Source: a bacterium (GTDB taxonomy: Bacteria > Zhuqueibacterota > Zhuqueibacteria > Oceanimicrobiales > Oceanimicrobiaceae). Taken from it: 64,000 bases of DNA. A model generated the notes under the pieces. That model was not told where the DNA came from. It searched no databases and was given only the letters and a program-made list of their open reading frames with translations. A program made the translations under genes and the position numbers. Below are positions 20,439 to 30,757 of this stretch, piece after piece. Within the stretch, counting starts at the first letter, position 1; each line of letters begins with the position of its first letter. The stretch spans positions 1-64,000 of the forward strand of contig JBHIAC010000001.1 in the NCBI GenBank assembly GCA_046758365.1, in the 5' to 3' direction.

Positions 20439-21821
20439 ATGAATTCAAATGGCAGCGAACGAGGTTTGTGGTCTTCGAAGATTGGATTTATCTTAGCAGG
20501 TGCGGGATCAGCCGTTGGTCTGGGTAACATTTGGCGGTTTCCAACCATCGCGGGACAAAACGGTGGGGCGGCTTTTGTGTTCGTTTACCTTGCTAGCGTG
20601 GTTCTTATTTGTCTTTCGATAATGATTGCCGAATTGACTTTAGGAAGGCACACTCAGAAAAATCCTGTGGGAGTTTATAAAACTTTGGCGCCTGGCAGTG
20701 CTTGGAAATATTTAGGGATATTGGGAGTGATAACAGGTTGGGGTATTTCCTCTTTTTACAGTGTTGTATCGGGTTGGACATTAGGCTACATTTATAAAAC
20801 CGCTACTGGAGCATTTTCAAAAGCCACGCCGCAACAGGTTGCAAATATGTTTGGTAATTTCGTTTCCAATCCAGTGAGCTCCATCGGGCTGCATGCTGCT
20901 TTTATTTTTTTAACTATGTTAATCCTTTTTGGTGGGGTAAAGGCTGGTATTGAACGCTGGTCAAAAATTTTGATGCCGATTCTTTTTGTTATTTTAGTTT
21001 TATTAGTAGTTCGCTCAATCACCTTACCCGGTTCCAATACAGGATTAGACTTTTATTTGAAGCCAAAATGGGGAGAACTCACGGGGAGAGGCGTATTAGC
21101 TGCTATGGGCCAAGCCTTTTTTTCATTAAGCTTGGGCATGGGCACTATGATTACCTATGGCAGTTATTTAACAAAAAAAGAAAATATTATTTCGTCCGCC
21201 TCTTGGGTCTGTTTATTAGATACTGTTATTGCTCTTATGGCAGGTCTTGCCATATTTCCCGCTCTTTTCGCGGTGGGATTAGAGCCTACCATCGGTGCCG
21301 GCTTAATTTTTGTTGTGTTGCCGAACATTTTTAACGAGATTTTTTTGGGTAATCTTTTCGGTACAGGCTTTTTTATATTGTTAGCTATTGCAGCCGTAAC
21401 TTCCTTAATCTCAATTGTTGAGGTGCCTGCTGCATATTTTATTGATGAGTTAAAATGGTCTCGGAAAAAAGCTGTTTGGGTAGCAGGAGTCGGAGCATTT
21501 CTGGCAGGATTACCCGCCGCTTTAAGCCTTGGTGCTGTGGATTGGCTTTCAAGTTTGCTTTTTATCGAAGGAAGGAATTATGGATTTTTAGACTTGATGA
21601 ATCTATTATTTGGGCAGTATTCACTGATTATCGGTTCGTTAGGCGTTGCCGTTTTTGTCGGCTGGAAATGGGGAACAGCTAATGCCAATAATGAAATAGC
21701 AGAAGGGCACTCTGGATTCAAGAATAAAATGACATTTGCCTTTTTTATTCGGTTTTTCTGTCCTATTTCCATTGTGGCTTTGCTTATTTATTTACTGTTA
21801 AATCCAAATGCTTTTGCTTAA
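20439..21821 (+). CDS. Sodium-dependent transporter, NSS/SNF family
   Basis: GSAVGLGNIWRFP, GQAFFSLSLG, multiple TM helices. Confidence 0.95.
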   Translation: MNSNGSERGLWSSKIGFILAGAGSAVGLGNIWRFPTIAGQNGGAAFVFVYLASVVLICLSIMIAELTLGRHTQKNPVGVYKTLAPGSAWKYLGILGVITGWGISSFYSVVSGWTLGYIYKTATGAFSKATPQQVANMFGNFVSNPVSSIGLHAAFIFLTMLILFGGVKAGIERWSKILMPILFVILVLLVVRSITLPGSNTGLDFYLKPKWGELTGRGVLAAMGQAFFSLSLGMGTMITYGSYLTKKENIISSASWVCLLDTVIALMAGLAIFPALFAVGLEPTIGAGLIFVVLPNIFNEIFLGNLFGTGFFILLAIAAVTSLISIVEVPAAYFIDELKWSRKKAVWVAGVGAFLAGLPAALSLGAVDWLSSLLFIEGRNYGFLDLMNLLFGQYSLIIGSLGVAVFVGWKWGTANANNEIAEGHSGFKNKMTFAFFIRFFCPISIVALLIYLLLNPNAFA

Positions 21822-21866
21822 TTGGATGGGTAGTATTTATTATAAAAATAACGTGAGATTTTAAAA

Positions 21867-23285
21867 TTGGAAAACTGTGATAACGAAATAGATAAACCGC
21901 GATCTAATTGTGGCATTGTAGGGGTTTATGGACATCCAGATGCAGCTATATTTGCTTATCAGTGTCTTTATGCTCTTCAGCATCGGGGGCAAGAAAGTTC
22001 TGGAATTGTATCTGGTGATGGGAAAAACGTATATCGCCACGTGAGTATGGGTTTAGTTAACGAGGCTTTTTCTGATATTTCGATATTAAAAAAGTTAAAA
22101 GGGCATTTAGCGGTTGGGCATAATCGATACTCTACTACCGGCTCCACCATGCTGAATAACGCTCAGCCTTTTCTGGTTAATTTTAAAGATGGACCACTGG
22201 CTATTTCTCACAATGGAAATTTTATCAACTCTAAATCAGTTCGGGCTAAATTGGTAGAAGAAGGTTCTATATTTCAAACCACGACCGACACCGAAGTAGT
22301 TCTCCATCTCATGGCGCGTTCAAAGGCTCCAGATATGGTAGGAAAAATTCAAGATGCTTTCTCTATCATAAGCGGTGCTTATTCAGTAGTTCTGATTACG
22401 CGTGACAAGGTCATCGGAATTCGGGACCCTCGAGGGTGGCGCCCGCTCTGTTTAGGAAAAAAAGAGGACACTTATTTTATTGTTTCAGAGACTTGTGCGC
22501 TGGACCTCATTGGTGCTAAATATATCCGAGATATTAAGCCGGGTGAAATTTTAGTTTTGGATGAAAAAAGTGTTCAATCTTTCTGGCTTAAAGAAAAGGC
22601 TGAACCCAAGGCCTGTATTTTTGAATATGTTTACTTTTCTCGGCCTGACAGTAAAATTTTTAATGAAAATGTTGATAAAGCTCGTCGTAAACTTGGTAAA
22701 AACTTAGCATTAGAGCATCCAGTCGATGCGGATATTGTAATTGCAGTGCCGGATTCCTCAAATACAGCCGCATTGGGCTTTACTAGTCGGTCTGGCATTA
22801 AATTTGAAATTGGCCTCATTCGAAATCACTATGTGGGTAGAACATTTATTCACCCACAACAGGCCGTTCGAGAATTCAATGTATGGGTTAAATTCAATCC
22901 GGTTGAGGGGGTTCTTAAAGGTCGGCGTGTAGTCGTCGTTGAGGATTCGATTGTTCGGGGCACTACGTTGAGGCAGTTGACTAAAATGTTAAGAAGGGCT
23001 GGGGCAAAAGAAGTTCATGTGCGCGTTAGTTCGCCACCAATTATATCTCCTTGTTATTATGGTATGGATTTTCCAACTAAAGAAGAACTCATTGCATCTA
23101 ATAAAACCGTTGAGGAAATTAGAGAATACTTGGGGGTGGATAGCCTCGGCTATCTTTCCTTGGAAGGTATGGTTAACGCCTGTTCTGATGAACAGAAAGG
23201 ATTTTGTGATGCCTGCTTTACCGGTAACTATCCTATCCCTCCGGAGAAAGGAGTCACTAAGTTACAGCATGAAGAAAAAAAATAG
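21867..23285 (+). CDS. purF: Amidophosphoribosyltransferase
   Basis: Propeptide then CGIVG, QHRGQES, HNRYSTTG, VEDSIVRGTT, Fe-S cysteines. Confidence 0.97.
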   Translation: MENCDNEIDKPRSNCGIVGVYGHPDAAIFAYQCLYALQHRGQESSGIVSGDGKNVYRHVSMGLVNEAFSDISILKKLKGHLAVGHNRYSTTGSTMLNNAQPFLVNFKDGPLAISHNGNFINSKSVRAKLVEEGSIFQTTTDTEVVLHLMARSKAPDMVGKIQDAFSIISGAYSVVLITRDKVIGIRDPRGWRPLCLGKKEDTYFIVSETCALDLIGAKYIRDIKPGEILVLDEKSVQSFWLKEKAEPKACIFEYVYFSRPDSKIFNENVDKARRKLGKNLALEHPVDADIVIAVPDSSNTAALGFTSRSGIKFEIGLIRNHYVGRTFIHPQQAVREFNVWVKFNPVEGVLKGRRVVVVEDSIVRGTTLRQLTKMLRRAGAKEVHVRVSSPPIISPCYYGMDFPTKEELIASNKTVEEIREYLGVDSLGYLSLEGMVNACSDEQKGFCDACFTGNYPIPPEKGVTKLQHEEKK

Positions 23286-23295
23286 TTTTTTAATT

Positions 23296-24252
23296 ATGAA
23301 ACGCTTTCTAAAACCCTTTGATTATATTTTTGTACTTCGACCTACTCTGTTTTTTCCGGTTTGGACTGTTTTTTTGGCTGGATTTTTCGTACAGCAAAAG
23401 TTCAGTGTCGCCGCAATAAATACTACAACCAATGATGTTTCCACAACTTATCAAGATAGAGACTTTTTGATTGTTGGCCTTTTTCTTACACTTTTAATGG
23501 GAGCAGTTTTTATATTGAATCAAATTAGAGACCGCTTTACAGATCATCAAAATCAAAAGCTGTTTTTAATCGCAAACGGTTATTTGACACCTAAGGCCGC
23601 ATTCATCGAAGCTTTGATTCTGATAGCTGCTGCGGTTATTTGTGCCTTTCTTTTTTCTAATATCATGGGATTTCTCTTTCTTATAATATTAATCGTTACC
23701 GGAATTTTTTACAGTTTCGAACCTTTTAGCTGGAAAGATAAACCCATATTAGGTTTATTTACAAATATCTTAGGAGCTGTCTTAATATTTGGAGGCGGGT
23801 GGATTATAGATGGTTCTGTATCACAAAAATTATTGCTCCATGCTTTACCTTACGCTTGTGCTGTCGCGGCTGTTTATTTGTTTACTACATTACCTGATCT
23901 ACAAGGTGATGCTTCTTCAGAAAAAGTAACTTTTGGGGTAAAATATGGGTTTAAGGCAACAGTTTATCTTGGATTATTTTTTGAAATCTTGGCATTGTTT
24001 TCTTCTTTTCGGTTGAATGATGAAATAATTTTCTACCCTGCTTTTTTTTCTTTACCTTTTTTTGTTTGGGCGGTGGTTAAATTAAAAATAAACGATGTTA
24101 TAAGAGTCATTAAATATTCTATTTTATTTCTATCTTTAACGATATGTATAAAATTTCACTTCTATTTTTTTATTTTAGTGGGTGTATATTTAATTTCAAA
24201 AATATATTATAAATTAAGGTTTGGAATTGACTATCCAAATCTCTCTGTTTAG
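23296..24252 (+). CDS. UbiA-family membrane prenyltransferase
   Basis: NQIRDRFTDHQN (NxxxDxxxDxxN), FYS..P..WK, LPDLQGD motifs, multiple TM helices; ATG 23296 preferred. Confidence 0.85.
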   Translation: MKRFLKPFDYIFVLRPTLFFPVWTVFLAGFFVQQKFSVAAINTTTNDVSTTYQDRDFLIVGLFLTLLMGAVFILNQIRDRFTDHQNQKLFLIANGYLTPKAAFIEALILIAAAVICAFLFSNIMGFLFLIILIVTGIFYSFEPFSWKDKPILGLFTNILGAVLIFGGGWIIDGSVSQKLLLHALPYACAVAAVYLFTTLPDLQGDASSEKVTFGVKYGFKATVYLGLFFEILALFSSFRLNDEIIFYPAFFSLPFFVWAVVKLKINDVIRVIKYSILFLSLTICIKFHFYFFILVGVYLISKIYYKLRFGIDYPNLSV

Positions 24253-24271
24253 CAAAAATATGTAGAATGCT

Positions 24272-24484
24272 ATGATAGGTGTAATCAACGATAAATGTGA
24301 CTTTTGCGGTGCCTGTGTAGCTGTCTGCCCCGTCGATGCGATTGATTTGTATGAAGCCAGAATTGCCATTATTGAAAATAGATGCATCGATTGCATGTTA
24401 TGCGTTTGGATTTGTCCAGTTGAAACTTTGGCGCCGTTAAACGTTGTGGAGGAGAGAGCATGCGAGACAGCTATGACTGCATAG
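24272..24484 (+). CDS. 2x[4Fe-4S] ferredoxin
   Basis: CDFCGACVAVCP and CIDCMLCVWICP. Confidence 0.93.
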   Translation: MIGVINDKCDFCGACVAVCPVDAIDLYEARIAIIENRCIDCMLCVWICPVETLAPLNVVEERACETAMTA

Positions 24485-25635
24485 TAGTTGGAGGTGGTCC
24501 TGGTGGGGCCTGGGCAGCAAAACATGCCGCAGAAAAAGGAGCCAGCGTACTACTGTTGGAAAAAGATCGCGAAATTGGAACCCCGGTACGGTGTGCTGAA
24601 GTAGTAGGGGAAAATGGACTTAAAATGGTGGTGGAACCTCAGCTGCGATGGATTACTAATATTATAGAAGGCGCGGTGCTTGTTGCGCCCAATGGTCGCG
24701 AAGTAATCATGGAATCTGAAGGCGAACGCGGTTACATGCTGGACAGAAAAATATTCGACTACGATTTGGTTCAAATTACCACCTATCAAGGTGTGGAAGT
24801 TTTGACCAAAGCCTACGTATATGATCTGTACAAAACCAATGGAAAAGTAGAAGGAATTAAGTTACAGCATCTGGGTAAAAAATATGAGATTCGTGCTAAT
24901 GTAGTGATTGGTGCTGATGGCGTGGAATCCAGAGTTGGAAGATGGGGAGGCTTGAGAACTAATATAAAATTGAAGGATATGGAAAGCTGCATTCAAATGA
25001 CGCTTTCTAATATAAAAGTCGATCCGAAATATGTGTATTTGCATTTTGGTCGTGAAGTAGCACCGGGTGGTTATCTTTGGGTCTTTCCTAAAAATGATAG
25101 AGTGGCCAATGTGGGATTAGGAATTTCAGGCGAGTATGCAAGATATAAATCGGCCATGAAATATTTAAAAGAATTTATAGATAAACACTTTCCTCATGCG
25201 GCGGTTTTGTACACGGTTGTAGGTGGGGTCCCTTGCGTCCCTACTTTGAAAAAAATCGTAGCCGATGGATTAATGCTGGTGGGTGATGCTGCCCATCAGG
25301 TGAATCCCGTCTCTGGGGGCGGCATAGTTACGGCCATGATTGCGGGGCAAATTGCAGGTCGGGTGGCGGCACAAGCTATTGAGGAAAATGATTTTTCTGA
25401 AAAAAGACTCGAACAATACGCCCATGAGTGGCACAAAGCAGAAGGTAAAAACCATGAGAGGTTTTATAAAATAAAAAAGGTTATATACAAATTGACTGAC
25501 GAGGATTTGAACAATACAGCCGATTCTGTTTTAAGACTACCACCAGAAAAACGCACAATCATTAATATTTTCAAATCTGCATTAGTAAAGCACCCTTCAT
25601 TAATTTTTGATGTAATGAAAGTGTTTATGAAATAA
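24460..25635 (+). CDS. Geranylgeranyl reductase family flavoprotein (DGGGPL reductase-like)
   Basis: GGGPGG, EIGTPVRCAE, PGGYLWVFPK, GDAA..VNP.SGGGI. Confidence 0.9.
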   Translation: MRDSYDCIVVGGGPGGAWAAKHAAEKGASVLLLEKDREIGTPVRCAEVVGENGLKMVVEPQLRWITNIIEGAVLVAPNGREVIMESEGERGYMLDRKIFDYDLVQITTYQGVEVLTKAYVYDLYKTNGKVEGIKLQHLGKKYEIRANVVIGADGVESRVGRWGGLRTNIKLKDMESCIQMTLSNIKVDPKYVYLHFGREVAPGGYLWVFPKNDRVANVGLGISGEYARYKSAMKYLKEFIDKHFPHAAVLYTVVGGVPCVPTLKKIVADGLMLVGDAAHQVNPVSGGGIVTAMIAGQIAGRVAAQAIEENDFSEKRLEQYAHEWHKAEGKNHERFYKIKKVIYKLTDEDLNNTADSVLRLPPEKRTIINIFKSALVKHPSLIFDVMKVFMK

Positions 25636-25657
25636 TGATTTGCTAAAGGAAATTTGA

Positions 25658-26224
25658 GTGTTAAACAGAGAGCTTTTTTATATATCTAATTTATTAAGTA
25701 TTTCAAGAATAATTTTTTTAATTCCAATATATTACTTGTTAAAATTACAGACCTCCATGGGCAATTATTTAGCCGTGTTAGTGATGATTTTAGCTGCAAC
25801 TACAGATATCTTTGATGGACGTCTGGCCCGGAGACTTAATCAGGTTACAGTTTATGGACGAATCCTAGACCCAGTAGTCGATAAAATATGTATTGCAGTT
25901 ATAGGGATGATTTTAGTGGCTACCCGCGATCTGCCTTTTTGGTATTTTATTTTAATAGTTGTTCGTGACATAGCAATTTTACTTATTGGTTTAATTCTGG
26001 TTTTCAAAACCAAAATGGTAGTAGAATCCAATATTGTTGGTAAAGTAACTGTTACAGCTTTAGCTGTCGTCGTTATTGCATTTACTCTGGAACTTGATGC
26101 AGTAAAGTGGTTTTTCCTTTGGTGTAGTGTTGTTTTAATCGCAGCTTCTTCAGTGATTTATTTAATTAAAATGGTAACTTTACTTCGTGAAAAAAAAGAG
26201 CGATATGAGAAAAGTTTAATTTAA
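25658..26224 (+). CDS. CDP-alcohol phosphatidyltransferase
   Basis: DIFDGRLARRLNQVTVYGRILDPVVD signature. Confidence 0.92.
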   Translation: MLNRELFYISNLLSISRIIFLIPIYYLLKLQTSMGNYLAVLVMILAATTDIFDGRLARRLNQVTVYGRILDPVVDKICIAVIGMILVATRDLPFWYFILIVVRDIAILLIGLILVFKTKMVVESNIVGKVTVTALAVVVIAFTLELDAVKWFFLWCSVVLIAASSVIYLIKMVTLLREKKERYEKSLI

Positions 26225-26326
26225 TTGAGACCTGAGTAAGCTGGAAGCAATTTATTTGCGTATAAATAGGTATGATGAAATGAAAATTAAATTTGGTGAA
26301 TCATTGCTCGATCGAATGGTGATAAG

Positions 26327-26572
26327 ATGAAACAAATAGACATGTTAGAAGAGCTCAAGAATCTTACAAACACAGATCGATTTGAAATTATTGAAGCCGC
26401 TCTGCGCATGATTCGCCAAGATTTTCAATCAAAGGGAAATACACCAGATCGAAAAGAAAGGAAACGGCACATGTCTGCTGCGGCTAAGGCTCTGCTACCA
26501 GATTATAACGCAGGTGGCGAACTTACTATTTTCACCAACCTGGATAGTGAAGACTTTAATGAAACGGGGTGA
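26327..26572 (+). CDS. Putative antitoxin
   Basis: 81-aa gene overlapping a MazF/PemK toxin start; acidic C-terminus. Confidence 0.6.
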   Translation: MKQIDMLEELKNLTNTDRFEIIEAALRMIRQDFQSKGNTPDRKERKRHMSAAAKALLPDYNAGGELTIFTNLDSEDFNETG

Positions 26573-26904
26573 AATTTGGCTCATTAATTTGGACTCAACA
26601 GTTGGTGCTGAATTAAAGAAAACAAGACCAGCAGTCATCGTAAATGATGATGCTATTGGTATATTGCCATTGAAGGTAATTATCCCTATTACCAAATGGA
26701 AAGATAGATATGAAGGTAGCACCATGGATGGTACGGCTGGAACCTGATATAGAGAATAGGTTGGATAAGATTTCTGTACCAGATACTTTTCAAGTTCGCT
26801 CCGTGTCACAGATACGATTTGTAGAGTGCATAGGTAAACTTTCTGATCCAATTATGCAAGAAATTACTCCTGCACTGGCTATTGTATTGTCCATTGAAAT
26901 ATAA
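26559..26904 (+). pseudogene. MazF/PemK toxin with frameshift near 26716
   Basis: MKRGEIWLINLD..VGAE.KKTRPAVIV in one frame; VAPWMV..DTFQVRSVS..RF..IGKL in another. Confidence 0.85.
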
Positions 26905-26990
26905 ATAATTTTTGGGATATATACGTAAGAATTTAGAAAGCATTTATATAAAAACATATTCTTTGACTGAGAAAGAAAATCTATAGAGGT

Positions 26991-27929
26991 ATGGCATCAA
27001 TTCTTGAAAAATTCAAACAAGGCCTTGCAAAAACCCGCGAAGGCATAGTCGATGAAATCGTCAAATTGGTGCAAAATAAATACACCATTGATGATGAGCT
27101 TCTTGAACAATTAGAAGAAACCCTAATAGCAGCCGACGTCGGGGTTGAAACTGCTCTTGGAATTATTGAGCGTTTAAAATTGTATGTAAATAGAGAAGGA
27201 TATAAAGAAACACAAAGTCTACTCTCTGTATTTAAGGATCAAGTGATAGCCTATATGCTCGAAGGCTCTTCAGACGGAAAAGAGACTACTGAGGATGATT
27301 TTTTTAGATCAACGACAAAACCATTTGTGATCATGGTAGTGGGGGTGAATGGAACCGGCAAAACCACAACCATTGCGAAGTTGGCAAAAGTTTTCCACGA
27401 TTATGGAAATAAAGTATTGTTGGCAGCAGCCGACACTTTTCGTGCTGCTGCCTCGGAACAGTTAGAGATTTGGGCCAAGCGCGTAGAGGTGGATATAGTG
27501 CGGACTCAGCCAGGTGGCGACCCCGCTTCTTTAGCTTTTGATGCTTTAAAAGCTGCCATTTCCCGAAATGTCGATGTACTCATTGTGGACACGGCTGGAC
27601 GTCTGCATACGAAAGTTAATTTAATGGAAGAATTAAAAAAGATTCATAGAGTTTTGGGAAAAGCCCTGGAAACAGCTCCCCATGAGGTGCTTTTAGTTTT
27701 AGATGCCACCACTGGACAAAATGCTTTAACTCAGGCCCGACAATTTAAAGAAGCGGTTGGAGTTACGGGTATTGTGGTAACAAAATTAGACGGTACTGCT
27801 AAAGGCGGGATGGTTTTGGCCATACAAAATCAATTGCAAATTCCTATCAAATTTGTGGGACTTGGTGAGGCTCTGGATGATTTAAAACCATTTGACCCCA
27901 AAATTTATATAGAAGCCCTTTTTCAATGA
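26991..27929 (+). CDS. ftsY: Signal recognition particle receptor
   Basis: GVNGTGKTTT, DTFRAAA, DTAGRL, TKLDGTAKGG. Confidence 0.97.
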   Translation: MASILEKFKQGLAKTREGIVDEIVKLVQNKYTIDDELLEQLEETLIAADVGVETALGIIERLKLYVNREGYKETQSLLSVFKDQVIAYMLEGSSDGKETTEDDFFRSTTKPFVIMVVGVNGTGKTTTIAKLAKVFHDYGNKVLLAAADTFRAAASEQLEIWAKRVEVDIVRTQPGGDPASLAFDALKAAISRNVDVLIVDTAGRLHTKVNLMEELKKIHRVLGKALETAPHEVLLVLDATTGQNALTQARQFKEAVGVTGIVVTKLDGTAKGGMVLAIQNQLQIPIKFVGLGEALDDLKPFDPKIYIEALFQ

Positions 27930-29212
27930 AAATAAATTTAATAACTATAGGGTGTCCAAAAAATTTGGTAGATTCTGAAGTGCTTCTTGGTGGACTTAAG
28001 GGAGAAGGAATAGAGATTATAGAAAATCCCTTGGAAGCAGATACTATCATATTAAACACCTGCGGTTTTATACAGCAGGCAAAAGAAGAATCTATTGAGG
28101 CTATTATACAAGCGCTTGAGCTGAAAAAACAAGGAAACTGCCAAAAAGTTTTCGTTACCGGATGCCTGTCTCAACGCTACTATCAGGAAATGAGAAAAGA
28201 AATTCCAGAAGTAGATGGATTTTTTGGTAACAGAGACCTGGCTAAAATATTAAAAAAGTTAACACGTCAGCTCGACTTAAAGGGTGATATTCTTGGTGAG
28301 CGAATGTTGACCACACCCAGCCATTATGCTTATTTAAAAATTTCCGAAGGCTGCGAAAATCCTTGTACCTTCTGTTCCATCCCTGGAATTCGCGGTAAAT
28401 TTAGAAGTCGTTCCATAGAGTCCCTTGTGGATGAAGCTCAAATGTTAGTTTCTAAAGGGGTTAAAGAGTTAATTGTTGTTGCTCAAGATACCACCATGTT
28501 TGGTCAGGACCTGTATGGTAAAAAGCAGTTGGTTCCGCTGCTTAAACGTTTATCGCAAATTAAAGAAATAAAATGGATCAGGCTTCTGTACACATATCCC
28601 GCTCATTTCTCGGATGATTTAATTGAAATTATATCGGATAAACATAATATCTGTAACTATATCGATTTGCCAATTCAACACATCTCGGATAAATTGCTTA
28701 AGAAAATGGCGCGAAAAGTGAATCGTCGAGATATTGAGCTGATCATTGAAAAGCTCAGATCCAAAATTCCAGAAATCGCCATTAGAACTTCTCTGATAAC
28801 TGGATTTCCAGGTGAAACTGAACAAAATTTCCAGGAATTAGTTGAATTTATAAAGGATGTTCGTTTTGAAAGATTGGGTTTATTTACGTATTCTAGAGAA
28901 GAATATACTCCAGCTTATCACTTTCCAAATCAAATTCCGGACCATATTAAACAAGAAAGATGGGCTGAATTAAATGATATTCAAAATCAAATTTCATCCG
29001 AAATTAATCATAGTTTAATTGGTTCAATTCAAGAAGTAGTCATCGACGAATTTAATGCAGATTTAGGGACTTATGTTGGTCGAACTTCTTGGGATTGTCC
29101 TGAAATTGATAATTCCGTGTTCATAGATGAAAAGGTTGATTTAGGGAAATTTTACTGGGTAAAAATCACAAACTGTTCAGATTATGACCTGAGAGGTAAA
29201 TTAATTCAATAA
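27926..29212 (+). CDS. rimO: Ribosomal protein uS12 methylthiotransferase
   Basis: GCPKNLVDSE, NTCGFI, YLKISEGCENPCTFC, PEID. Confidence 0.95.
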   Translation: MKINLITIGCPKNLVDSEVLLGGLKGEGIEIIENPLEADTIILNTCGFIQQAKEESIEAIIQALELKKQGNCQKVFVTGCLSQRYYQEMRKEIPEVDGFFGNRDLAKILKKLTRQLDLKGDILGERMLTTPSHYAYLKISEGCENPCTFCSIPGIRGKFRSRSIESLVDEAQMLVSKGVKELIVVAQDTTMFGQDLYGKKQLVPLLKRLSQIKEIKWIRLLYTYPAHFSDDLIEIISDKHNICNYIDLPIQHISDKLLKKMARKVNRRDIELIIEKLRSKIPEIAIRTSLITGFPGETEQNFQELVEFIKDVRFERLGLFTYSREEYTPAYHFPNQIPDHIKQERWAELNDIQNQISSEINHSLIGSIQEVVIDEFNADLGTYVGRTSWDCPEIDNSVFIDEKVDLGKFYWVKITNCSDYDLRGKLIQ

Positions 29213-29306
29213 TGACGCAGGGGCAAAAGATAGGAAGCTTTGAATCTTAAGTTGTAAAAGACGTCCTAAAAGTTGAAATTATCCTGTTTTTGCCCCAACG
29301 TCATTA
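29210..29306. mobile_element. MITE-like element, family A copy 1
   Basis: TIRs TAATGACGCAGGGGCAAAA / TTTTGCCCCAACGTCATTA. Confidence 0.75.
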
Positions 29307-29351
29307 ATAATTTAACTTATGAATGATGAAAGATTATAAAAGAGGTGTGAA

Positions 29352-30677
29352 ATGAAGAATTTACATTTAAACAGTAAGTTTATTTTTTTGTTAATCTCAG
29401 TTTTGACTTTAGCAGCTTTTTATAATAGCTGTCTTTTTTCTCAAACCAATATTCTTTATAAAGTTGAGCAACCTCCTGATGTTCCTGTCTTTGATGTGGT
29501 TTTGTTTAATTTTGCATCTGAGAATTTTGAAAAAAGCCGTTTGATGTTCAATATAAAATTCGTCAACGACGAGCTTCAGTTTATTAAGACAAAAGAGGGT
29601 AAATTTCGCGCGGATTATGAAGTTTCTATTGTAATCTTTGATGGGGCTGGGTCTCGGGTGGACAGCTTAACTTGGAAGGAATATGTAATAGCGCAAAATT
29701 TTGATGAAACCAACTCTATAAATTTATTTAATTTTACTGAAGCAAGTTTTGATCTGCTTGCCAATGAATATCAATTTCGTATTGGACTTAAAGATTTAGA
29801 AACCCGGCGTACTGGTTATCAACAAGGTTCTGTAACTTTGCGGGATTATTCCATGGATGAGGTTTTGGTAAGCGATATTTTATTCTTAGATTATCTTTCT
29901 GTTGGAGAAGAGGGTGAGATAAATATTAGCCCCAAGATTGCAGGCAATAGACATGAAAAATCAATATTGTACGCCTATTTTGAGGTTTATAACGTGACAG
30001 AATCCGACAGTATTAATGTTATGTACCAAATTTTTGGTCCTGGGAATAAAATCATTCAAAAAGGTGAATATTGGATTATAAGCCGTGGTAGAATAACCCC
30101 AAATTATATTGAAATTGCAAAGGATAAATTGTCCTATACAGATTATCGAACCGAGATAATGATAACAAACAATGGGAATACCGTAAAGGTTGAAAAACCT
30201 TTTAAATTGTATTCCCAATCTCTGTCTCTATCTTTTTCTGATATTGATGATGCAATAGAAAAACTAAAATACATTGCAACAGATAAAGAGTTAAAAAAAA
30301 TCAAAAATGCTAAAGAGGAAGATAAAAGAAAAGAATTCAATAAATTTTGGGAACTTCACGATCCGACTCCTGGAACCCACGAAAATGAATTAATGGAAGA
30401 TTATTACCGCCGAATTGAATTTGCTAATGAAAAATTTCCCGGTAATAGGGATGGCTGGAAAACGGATATGGGATTGGTTTATATTAAACTAGGCCCACCA
30501 GATTATATCGAAAACCCAGAATTAATCAACAATCTACATTTTATTGATGAGACTTCTAGGCGAAGATATCGAATAGTATGGCAATATTATGACATCGGTC
30601 GCAACTTTATATTTTATTATCAGGCTGGAGAATTTCGATTAGCTAACCTCCAGGAAGTCTATGATGTTCTATATTAA
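29352..30677 (+). CDS. GWxTD domain exported protein
   Basis: Signal peptide; FW..HDPTPGT.ENE..YY.RI..AN..GWKTDMG..YI..GPP. Confidence 0.88.
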   Translation: MKNLHLNSKFIFLLISVLTLAAFYNSCLFSQTNILYKVEQPPDVPVFDVVLFNFASENFEKSRLMFNIKFVNDELQFIKTKEGKFRADYEVSIVIFDGAGSRVDSLTWKEYVIAQNFDETNSINLFNFTEASFDLLANEYQFRIGLKDLETRRTGYQQGSVTLRDYSMDEVLVSDILFLDYLSVGEEGEINISPKIAGNRHEKSILYAYFEVYNVTESDSINVMYQIFGPGNKIIQKGEYWIISRGRITPNYIEIAKDKLSYTDYRTEIMITNNGNTVKVEKPFKLYSQSLSLSFSDIDDAIEKLKYIATDKELKKIKNAKEEDKRKEFNKFWELHDPTPGTHENELMEDYYRRIEFANEKFPGNRDGWKTDMGLVYIKLGPPDYIENPELINNLHFIDETSRRRYRIVWQYYDIGRNFIFYYQAGEFRLANLQEVYDVLY

Positions 30678-30680
30678 GAA

Positions 30681-30715
30681 TTAATGACATAGGTGCTAAG
30701 CACCAACGTCATTAA
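30681..30715. repeat. Family A element reduced to its two TIRs
   Basis: TTAATGACATAGGTGC-TAA-GCACCAACGTCATTAA. Confidence 0.7.
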
Positions 30716-30757
30716 TGAAAAATAATAGCTAATTAAGTAAGCGGTTAACAGAACAAA

